From positions 9,052,001-9,116,000 of the forward strand of contig NC_043007.1 of NCBI RefSeq assembly GCF_006345805.1: DNA of 64,000 nucleotides, given 5' to 3'. Shown piece after piece: positions 53,176 to 64,000 of the stretch. Under the pieces are notes generated by a model. It was given only the letters and a program-made list of their open reading frames with translations. It searched no databases and was not told the origin of the DNA. Position 1 is the first letter of the stretch; every line of letters starts with the position of its first letter. The position numbers and the translations under genes are program-made. The stretch comes from Octopus sinensis (taxonomy: Eukaryota).

Positions 53176-53724
53176 ATATATACATGTTTATTGATATTGA
53201 TATACACAAGTTTATACGAATGTGTATGCACATATGATGGTGTGTTTGTTCGTGTGCGTGTTTGAGTATACATATATATGTATATACAACTCATATCCAC
53301 ACATGCATGTGTGTGTGATTATTACCTTCCTCCTTCCTCTTTTTCTGGTTTTCCCTTAAACACTATCTGGCTTATGAAAAATCATTCAGCCAGTGTCGGG
53401 TTCAATGGCGGATTTGAAAAGGATAGTCATTAATCGTCTCTTTTTGCTTAATCACTCTTCAGCTCTACACCCTGGTCACCCTGTTCATTCATGAGTCTGT
53501 CATCACCCTTATTCCTCAATCTCCCCCTCACATTTTCTCTCAATCTACCTATTTCTGCGTTAGTTCAGATGTGATGTACGTTTCACCGTTTTTCATTTAG
53601 TCGTTCATCAAAATCTAAAATGTCTGCCGTCACAAAGATTCACAAATATTTTCAGCAGCTAAAACATCAATTTGGATTCTATCAAACTACTACCTTCCTT
53701 ATAGTCAATTATGACATTACAGTA

Positions 53725-53798
<74 letters not shown>

Positions 53799-53895
53799 GT
53801 CTATATGTCTGTCTGTCGGTCTGTCTGCCTTTCTCCCTGTCTGTCTCTCTGTCTGTCTATCAATCTATCCGTCTATCTGTCTGTCTGTCTCTCTG

Positions 53896-53945
<50 letters not shown>

Positions 53946-54260
53946 AATCTATCTATCTATCTATCTGTCTATCTGTCTGTCTGTCTGTCTATCTATTTAT
54001 CTATTTATCTATTTATCTATCTTCATGTCTGTATGTCAGTCTATCTGTCTGTCTGTCTCTGTCTGTCTATGCCTATCTATCTATCCACCAATCTATCCAT
54101 CCTCCTTTCTCTCTCTCTCTCTTTCTGTCGATCTATCTGTCTATCTATCTCTTTATCTCTCTATCTATCTCTCTATCTACCCTTCTGTCTGTCTGTTTGT
54201 CCGTCTGTCTGTGTCTCTGCCTGTTTATCTACCTATCTCTCTGACTGTCTATCTACCTAT
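53725..54260 (+). repeat. (TCTA)n/(TCTG)n microsatellite
   Basis: Direct reading. Similar tracts at 56660-57295 and 57745-57900. Confidence 0.95.
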
Positions 54261-54817
54261 CATCTTTTATGTGTGTCTGAGTGTGTGCGTGTGTGTGTGT
54301 ATTTGTGTGTGTACGTGTGCGTGTGTGTCACCCAAACCACCACTTGACGACTGGTGTTGCCTCGTTCGCCTCCTTAAAGTTAAGCTGCTCCAGAAAGCGA
54401 GCCGATAGTATATGTACTACAAATGCACATTTAAAACACTACACCTGCTGTCGATCTAGTGAACAAAATCATTTTGAAGCAGTGCCCCAGCATGGCCGGA
54501 ATTTAACGACAGAAATAAACGTTTCATAAAGATATGTAAAATCTACTTTAGTCATTCAATAAGTTTTTGTTTTTTTAAGCGTGAGACTGCTGCATAGACA
54601 CAGAGATTACACTGTTTTCTCTCTCCCTTCTTTTACCTTCCCATCTCTTCCCTAATATTATTCCCTCCCGCTGTTGTTCTCTCCCTATTTATTTGTCTCT
54701 CATCTTCCTCCTCCTCCTCCTCCTCCTCTCTCTCTCTCTTTCTCTCTCTCTGTCTCTTGCTCACAGTATCTATCGATCTGTCTATCTATCTATCTATCTA
54801 CAATTTCTTATCTACAG

Positions 54818-54890
54818 TGTTTTCCAGCAAGCAGACATTATATCATATAGTAATAACAACGTAATAACACTTAGGGAGAGACGAATAGAG
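54818..54890 (+). CDS. Candidate 73-nt internal exon
   Basis: tttcttatctacag| ... GAG|gtatat; frame VFQQADIISYSNNNVITLRERRIE. Confidence 0.4.
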
Positions 54891-55120
54891 GTATATGCTA
54901 TGCACACCACGACAACGGTACGGTACACACACGCACGCGTCAAACGCGCACGCGCACACGCGTACGCCCTCATGAGTGTGTGTGTGCATGTCGTTGTGCG
55001 TACGTGCGCGTGAACGGATAAATAATTGTGTATGCGTGCGTGTAAGTGGTTGTCTGTGAAGGCGATGTGTGTGTGTGTGTTGTGTGTGTGCGTGTATGTG
55101 TGTGTGTGTTTATTACACAG

Positions 55121-55143
55121 CTGTCGTTGGCAGAAGCTACAGA
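55121..55143 (+). CDS. Candidate 23-nt micro-exon
   Basis: tttattacacag|CTGTCGTTGGCAGAAGCTACAGA|gtaatt; phases link 54818-54890 to 57986. Confidence 0.25.
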
Positions 55144-55261
55144 GTAATTCAACATCACGATTCTCGATTATTGTATTTGTAACATTTGTCTGATAAGGAC
55201 TTTTACCGCTGATACATACACACTCAGATATATATATGCATATATATACATACATACATAC

Positions 55262-55293
<32 letters not shown>

Positions 55294-55552
55294 ATACACA
55301 GATACACACATACACGAACGCGCGCACATACACACACACACATGTGTATGTAGATCAAATATGTATATATGTGCATACATGTATGACTGCTATTTCTCTA
55401 TCTTTCTATTTATCTATCTGTCTATCTATTTATCTATTTATCCATCGATTTATCTATATATTTATCTCTCTCGATATATGTATATATAATATATATATGT
55501 ATACACACACATATATATGCACTTACATGCATACATATATACATACATACAT

Positions 55553-55603
<51 letters not shown>

Positions 55604-55768
55604 CTATATATATATATATATATATGCTATACATATGTATATATATGCTATACATATATATATATAGGGATGCATGCTTAGAAACATACGCAGAGACATA
55701 CATATAAACGGTTATTTACCCATACATGTATGTGCATATATACATATATACATGGATATGAGTATTTG

Positions 55769-55800
<32 letters not shown>

Positions 55801-55926
55801 ATATATATATATAATATGCATTTATATACATATGCCTACAAACGCACACATATATGCATACATACATACATACATACACACATACATACATACATACATA
55901 CATACATACATACATACATACATACA

Positions 55927-55959
<33 letters not shown>

Positions 55960-56669
55960 GCATACATATAAATATTCAATTTATTATCCCTTCAGAAACC
56001 AATAAACAACATGCTGACATTAGATAATTCGTTTTCATTCATTGTGCACTCTGCAACTCTCTTTCTCCTTCTCCTTCTCTTTCTTTCTTCCTTCCTTCCT
56101 TCCCTTCTTACTTTCGTTCTTTCTTTCCTTCGTTTTCTCTCTCTCCCTCCCTCCCTCTTCTTTCTTTATTCTATGCTTCTGTCATATGCTTCTCTCTCTC
56201 TCCCTATATCGCTCCATATAGCTTTTAGTTTACTATTCCCTTACTCTCCATATGCTATCACACTCGCTCATTCTGACCCCCTCTCTCTCTCTCTCCTTCT
56301 CTCCTTCTGATACTTCTCCTTATCTCTCTCTCTCTCTCTACTTCCAAATACTTCACCATCCGACAACAACATCGTTTGTCGTCGTCGTCTCTCCCAATCG
56401 ATAATTCACGTTACACTATCAATATGTTTTTCATTTTCTACCATCTACCAATGACATTTGTAATTGCCTTTCTTCTCTCTGCTTTCATATTAATAAATAA
56501 ATATACGGATGAATCTCCCAACAGTTAAAATCCTCAGTGAATCTATTAGTGCTGCACTTCATCGTTGCCATCATGTTCTCTCTTTAATACTCCCCGCCTC
56601 GCTCTCATTTTCTTTTTTATAACAGTGTCTTTATTTTGAACTCTTATTCAAAGTGTGTATGGCTTTTTC

Positions 56670-56757
<88 letters not shown>

Positions 56758-56871
56758 GTCTATCCATCTATCTATCTATCTATATATAATATATATATAT
56801 ATATATATCCGTCTATCTATCTATCTTGCTATCCATCCATCCGTCCGTCCGTCCGTCTGTCTGTCTGTCTA

Positions 56872-56909
<38 letters not shown>

Positions 56910-56961
56910 CGTCCGTCCGTCTCTCTGTCTGTCTATCTATCTGTCTGTCTATCTATCTATG

Positions 56962-57078
<117 letters not shown>

Positions 57079-57143
57079 TTCTGTCTGTCTATCTTTCTAT
57101 CTGTCTGTTTGTCTATCTGTCTATCTATCTATCCATATATATA

Positions 57144-57181
<38 letters not shown>

Positions 57182-57189
57182 CTACCTAC

Positions 57190-57291
<102 letters not shown>

Positions 57292-57755
57292 CCCTATTTG
57301 CATCTGTATGCATGTATAATCTTTGCACCATAATAGATTCATCCATGTATTTTATCTTCCTACTTTATCGATGTATCTCTTAACCATCTCCTTAGCTTTC
57401 TCTTTAAAAGTTTCATTGGTGTTCTCCGTCTTCCCTACTTCTCTCTACTCGTCACATTGTTTTTGTATACAATCACTAGTCAACACTCTCTTCCCCTCTC
57501 TCCCCCTCACGCCGTTTCTCTATGAGAATATATTCGCTTATAAATAAATGTACTACGCGATCTGTAACAGACAAATTTCTTCAATAAATTCAATTCTGCG
57601 ATTCAGTGGTGTTTTTTTATTAACTATTATCATTCATTGCTAATTTTATTTTCCGTTTGTAAATTTTTCATCTATGTTCATTTTTAGTGACTTTTCTTAT
57701 CGTTGTCTATCATATATTTTGTATCTGTTTCTCATTGTTTCTATCAATCAATCAG

Positions 57756-57842
<87 letters not shown>

Positions 57843-57864
57843 GTTTGTCTTTCTGTCTATCTGT

Positions 57865-57908
<44 letters not shown>

Positions 57909-57985
57909 ATATATATATATATATATATATGTCATCACACATATGTGTGCGTATTTATATCTATCTTTTTTTCTATCTATCAAAG

Positions 57986-58172
57986 AACAGGAGTTATACG
58001 CGGAAGTAAGTCATACCGCCAGCAGTACGAACACGCGACTGTAATGTCGCAAGATGAATTCTTCAAGCCTTATTACCCGGTAGGAGAACTAGGAGTAGAC
58101 CAAGAACGAGGCAGTTTGGATAATATCCATAGTCTTAGTTGGTCAAGCATGGGTATCCAGTGGGAAATGTGA
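57986..58172 (+). CDS. Candidate terminal coding exon of an unidentified host gene
   Basis: Pyrimidine tract plus AAG (57983-85) or CAG (57988-90) acceptor; non-repetitive frame [61 protein letters not shown]. Protein not recognised. Confidence 0.5.
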
Positions 58173-58204
58173 TGATGGTTGTTTCCGATACGATACTATG
58201 CAGG

Positions 58205-58660
58205 TGGTGCTTGAGAGTTCTATGTCTGTGAAAACACCCAGGAATAGTGGGCCCAGAAAATGGATGGATGTATGGATATTTCTAAAAATGCTATGGACAA
58301 TTGCTTTGAAACCTCCAGCTCCTACGTCCGGATAATAAATTTGAGAGTTCTGTCTGTGAAAACACCCAGGAATAATGGGCCCAGAAAATGGATGGATGTA
58401 TGGATATTTCTAAAAATGCTATGGACAGTTGCTTCGAAACCTCCAGCTCCTACGTCCGGATAATAAATTTATACTTATACCAATAATAATTGGAGCACTT
58501 GGTTTTGTAAGTAAATACTTACCTGTCAGTCTGGATAAGTTTGGATTTTCAGGAAAAGAAATCAACCAACTGATTCGCAGTGTATACGGAACAGTAAAAT
58601 TATGCAAGACGTTTCTCAAGATGGCTGGATATTTCTAAATTTTGGATTTGTTATAGTTTC
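58205..58660 (+). mobile_element. 3' end of an RLE-type LINE with an internal ~130-bp tandem duplication
   Basis: YGQLLRNLQLLRPDNKFILIPIIIGALG..GTVKLCKTFLK resembles RLE-LINE C-termini; units 58211-58340 and 58341-58468. Confidence 0.7.
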
Positions 58661-59026
58661 GGTGCAGGTTAATTTATACTGGATTGGTCTATAGTGAAAT
58701 GAGTCACTCCGTTGATATTTCCATAATTTAAAAAGTTGCTCTAGATAACTATTATTTCTAGCACGTAAATCGTTCCTCATTGACGAGTTTCCTCTATACC
58801 ATTTATATCACTGACGCTACTTCAAACAATATATTTAGCGAAAGTGGAGGTTTAACATTGAATTGCTTGGCATTCCCCCATACTCGTACAAAAAGTACGT
58901 TTCGAAAATATATACTGTGCATAAATACTATAAGCAAAAGCTCTGTTTACTGTCAAGAAATGTTATTAGAACTATTTTGTTCATTTTATAACATTTTTAA
59001 TTTCATATTGAATTCTTTCACTAAAT

Positions 59027-59240
59027 ACGAGAGGATGTTGAAAAGTTCCTGCCTTTGAGTAAAAGAAAATACAGGAGGATCATTTAATTAGGAATTTGTT
59101 CACCATAATCCCCATCTCAGATTCACATGAGTATTGCAGCGGTCCGACATTTTTCCTGAGCCCTGTAAAAGTACTGGGAGCTTGGGTCTCAAACGAGGCC
59201 TTTCGCGATCCCCTTAAAACAACACTTCGTGCATTGTGAA
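59027..59240 (+). mobile_element. Left end of a mariner-type non-autonomous element
   Basis: Begins tacgagaggatgttgaaaagttcc, similar to the 21067 TIR; no right TIR identified. Confidence 0.4.
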
Positions 59241-59902
59241 GGTAAAACTGAGTAGTGGTATTACAATAAAATTAAGGGTGGTGAGTATCGGCAAAATCTA
59301 TTGATGGGACTTAATGAGTTGGTTATGAACGATGAGTCGTTTGAGACGGCAGATACTCCGATTACAGATAAGTTCACCATCATCAATACACCGTGAAGAA
59401 AGTTCAACGTGAGGAAATTTAACCGCGAGAAAAGTTTACCGAGAAAGTATATCCATGGCATCTCGCCATTAATACTTTAAAACTATTTTATTGGCAGGGG
59501 TGGGGGAAACTTGAGAAGAATTAAAGTTGAATAATTATTTCAAATAATTGTTACCGTGAACTTACACTACAGTGAAATGATGACGGTGAACTTACCAGAC
59601 ATGGATATTCCTCAGTTGCACTTAACTTCACTGCGGATTAAGTTAAAAAAAAAAAAAAAAAGGGTGAAATATATTTCAAGTAAACTCTTCAATTAAGATA
59701 CGGAATTATGTTCTTCTGACCAAATAATTTTTCAAAAAACTCTTCTATTCAGATACGGAATTATGTTCTTCTAACCAAATGGTTTTTCAAAGATATTCCG
59801 AAACTTAAGTAACAGCTCGTATTTAAATGAAAGCGACGTCGAGCGAAGTGCAAAATATTCACTGATGGCATCATAATTGAAATTGATATGATCATTAGAA
59901 AA

Positions 59903-59915
59903 ACTACTACTACTA

Positions 59916-60013
<98 letters not shown>

Positions 60014-60065
60014 GCTACTAACACTACTATTAACACTACTACTACTTCTGCTACTACTACTACTA

Positions 60066-60108
<43 letters not shown>

Positions 60109-60135
60109 GCTTCTGCAGCTGCTGCTGCTGCTGCA
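59903..60135 (+). repeat. (CTA)n grading into (CTG)n
   Basis: Direct reading; a similar tract lies at 61692-61785. Confidence 0.95.
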
Positions 60136-60732
60136 TAATTAACACTGGCATAAGCGTGACATATGTTGTGCCATAGGCTTTTTCAAAGACTGGATGTGCC
60201 TATCCATCTCCAGTTCTGAGTACAGCCAACATTTTACGCCGGTAAGTTATGAAATAGATGTACAAACGTTTTCAGTACTTAGCTCAAACCATACATATAT
60301 ACATACTCATACACATGAATACATATACGTATCAATAAATGCATCTCTCTCTCTCTCTCTCTCTCTCTCCCTCTGTCTCTGTCTCTCTCTGTCTCTCTCT
60401 GTCTCTCTATCTCTCTCTCTCTCCTTGTCTTCGTATACATTCGCTGCTTTCTTCCAAGGAATCTAATGCTCTTAGCTTCGTTTTTCCTAGGGGCTGGCCA
60501 GATTTTAGCAATCTCGAGTATGATCAACCGGAATTGCGAAGATAATCTGGTACTCGACTGAGGAAAGAAAACTCCGAATGACCCGTCCTTATTTCCTTTG
60601 TATCGTCTAACTGAATGTTTTGTTGTTCCATTTTGGATTTTTATACACACATACTTACACACACACGCACACACGTCACTGGAAAAAAGATACATGTACT
60701 TGCATTGGGACCCCTTCAAATCGAAGACCGGT

Positions 60733-60788
60733 GATTGTCAAGCGCTGATGACGGGTAAATATCCAGAAACCCGGGTCCGTGCGTATCA
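60733..60788 (+). ncRNA. Type I hammerhead ribozyme motif (Penelope-type)
   Basis: CTGATGA 60745-51, stem II GGGT-AAAT-ATCC with C.A closing mismatch, GAA, palindrome ACCCGGGT, GTC site (C60777), stem I GCG/CGT. Confidence 0.75.
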
Positions 60789-61691
60789 CGTCAGGTCGAC
60801 GATAGGAAGAATGGCTTCCTTTTGCAAATACCGATAGGACACAGAAAGTGTGTCAATAGCCAGCTAGAGAAGATGTTCTCCTGGGGCTACAACCTACAGT
60901 AGCATCCACCCTTAGTGGTTAGCCACATTTAGATGGCAAATATCCTCCGCATTGCCGTGCAGCTACTGTTTATACGTCGTTCAGAGATTTATTATATATA
61001 TATATAGTATTAATTGATAGTAGGAGATGGATTTCGTACTAGACTCTTTTTAGGTACAACATATGTTTCGATCCATTATCTGGGTCACTACAGTTACGTT
61101 GATAAAGAAGTCTCACTCGAGATTTTTAGTGTCGGCTGGCTTGTTGTTATATGCTCATCAAGTTCGGGAAAAAATTGTGCCGGTGCTCTACTCTAAATTT
61201 AAACACACTAATCGAATTATGCGTATTTCTCCAGATTATTTATTATATATATATGTATATGCTCACACACATGTATACATATACATAGCAATGAATGTAA
61301 ATGTATGTGTTTCTCTCTCCCTATATATATGTACACAGACATATATACATATGTTTGTTTTCTCGTATAGATTTACCTTTAACACTCTCTTCTATTTCAT
61401 TATTCAAAAATATTTCTCTTCCCTCTCAAAAACTGTTCCATACTTCTATACAGTCACTCATTCTTTTAGGAAACAATGCAAATCTATGTTTTAAAATTCT
61501 CTACGCGTAGACTTAATTCACATTATGGAAAATGTTCACCACCATACCACCACATAAAATCACGCACATACCGATATATACACCAAACAAACACACATAT
61601 ACACACGCACACCCGAAGCACTTTCGTGCGTTCATTGATTTTGTAATTGGCTTCTATTTCGTGGTACTCTTGTTGTTGTTATCAATATCAT

Positions 61692-61729
<38 letters not shown>

Positions 61730-61737
61730 TACTACTA

Positions 61738-61769
<32 letters not shown>

Positions 61770-61942
61770 ATTGTTATTATTATTATCATTTGATTTTTGT
61801 TCTGAATACGATACGTTTCGCTTTCGCTCTCTCTGGCTAACATTAACGTACATCACGTACAAGATGACATGCATTAATAATTACACACATACACACACGC
61901 ACACACACATACATACATACATATATGTGTGTGCGTATGTGC

Positions 61943-61987
<45 letters not shown>

Positions 61988-61995
61988 TGTGTATG

Positions 61996-62041
<46 letters not shown>

Positions 62042-62162
62042 TATATATATATATATACATATATGTGTATGTATACATATATATATGTATATATATATGT
62101 ATGTATGTATTATATATATGTATCTATGTGAATATATTTAAATAAACTCACGCATTCATAGG

Positions 62163-62229
<67 letters not shown>

Positions 62230-62257
62230 GTTATATATATATATATGTATATACATG

Positions 62258-62319
<62 letters not shown>

Positions 62320-62415
62320 ATGCAACTTACAAAAATCTCTTGCAACTGAAAATGTCAGCAAGCTGATTAATAAATATTCTAATTCAGTTTAGTCATTCAT
62401 TTTTAAAGTTCTGCA

Positions 62416-62451
<36 letters not shown>

Positions 62452-62786
62452 ACACACACACACACACACATACACACACACACGTACACACACAATTGTT
62501 CCTAGAGTTACGCTTTCGTTTTCCTTGCTCAACATATTTAATTCTTTCATTTTCCCTTTTATTTATCCCTCTCTTAGGAATCTCTTTCTCTCTGTAGTTC
62601 TTTTTCTTTCTCTCTTTCTGCTTTTCATTCTACCCCTCTCTCTCGATCTCTCTGCTCCTCTTACTGCCCCTCTTTCTGTTGCATGCTCTCTGTAGACTCC
62701 TACAAAGGCGCCGTGATTCCGAAAAGATACAATTGAAAACCATAACAATATGAACATTTTCGGGTCAGATTTAAACCAAAATGAGA

Positions 62787-62826
<40 letters not shown>

Positions 62827-63190
62827 ATACACACACACTCACACATACACACTTATATATATATATATAAACATGCATACATGCATACATGTATACCTTC
62901 ATACATGCATACATAAATTCATTCATAGAAATATACATATATATATTTATACACACACACACAAACACACACATATACACACACACATATCTATATATAA
63001 CAAAGAATAAGAATAATAGAAAAAAGATCAACAACAACAGGATAATAATGGTGACGATAATAATAATAGTAATAATAATAATCTTTATTATTATTATTAT
63101 TGATATAATAATAATAATAATAAAAGTAATAATAATAATAATAATGATAATAATAACAATAATAACAATAACAATAACAATAATAATAAT

Positions 63191-63274
<84 letters not shown>

Positions 63275-64000
63275 TATAATAAGGATGATAATAATAACGT
63301 TAATACTAATATATAATAAAAATAATGATAATAACACTTTCAACAACAATATATTGAATGATATTAATAATAAATAATGGATTATATTTGTGAACAAGGG
63401 GATGAGGTTGGAATGAGAAAGGATAAATGGAATTATATGATAAAAATGTTAAGCAAGAGAATACATTTTGAATGGTAGAAACGGGAGAGAGATTAAATTG
63501 AAAGTAATGCATTTGCAATTAGGGAAGGAAATAGCATTCTCCGTTTAGAGTGTATGTTACCGGAAGTAGTGACAAAAGAAAGGGGGAGATAAATGAAATT
63601 CCTCAATTATTTCTGCTGGTATATTTGTCCATAGTTGCATCCGTACATACGTAATGTTTATTTCGTCTATTTTCTGGCAGCTGGTGATATTGTTATTTTT
63701 AGCTAATGCTGTTGTTGTCGATGTTATGGCTCTTCTTCTTCTTGTTATTGTTATTGTTGTTGCTTTTGTTGATGTTGCAGTTATCGTTGCTGTTATTTGT
63801 TTTTTTATGTTGTTTTCGTCATGTTCTTATTGTTGAGGACTAGATTTATAACCAGATTTATAGAACTTAATATATAAATGAAATTATAATGTTTGGCAGA
63901 CTTGTAATAAATAATGCAGAATTTTGGATAAACCCATTATTTTTTTTTATGTTCCTGTTTGGAAATACATTATTGTATCATGAGCGTGTAGAAGGGAGCG

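Noticed and set aside
55095-55215. Minus-strand Ig-like frame GKSPYQTNVTNTIIENRDVELLCSFC
   Set aside because: Poor donor and too short to call; overlaps the + strand micro-exon candidate, so both remain unproven.

Overview
AT-rich animal genomic DNA dominated by microsatellites and transposon debris. The repeat load and SINE types best fit a coleoid cephalopod (Octopus); this is inference, not a database hit. Nearly all track ORFs are microsatellite translations. Recognisable coding sequence is transposon-derived: a 5'-truncated, inactivated R4/Dong-type RLE LINE (13450-16642) sitting in (TAA)n, five more RLE-LINE fragments, an RTE fragment, a mariner transposase pseudogene split by a SINE, and a Chapaev-3-like transposase relic. 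At least four tRNA-derived SINE families occur in many copies. A few candidate host exons have good splice sites (a phase-compatible + strand chain at 54.8-58.2 kb, a duplicated exon at 51.5/51.9 kb, a - strand exon at 20.6 kb), but no protein was recognised. The most notable signal is six type I hammerhead-ribozyme motifs of the minimal, palindromic-stem-III kind known from Penelope-like elements, in four unrelated sequence contexts. One follows a tRNA-like B-box head (candidate ribozyme-carrying SINE) and two lie back-to-back in an 81-bp-arm hairpin. All structures were paired by eye and coordinates of degenerate repeats are approximate.
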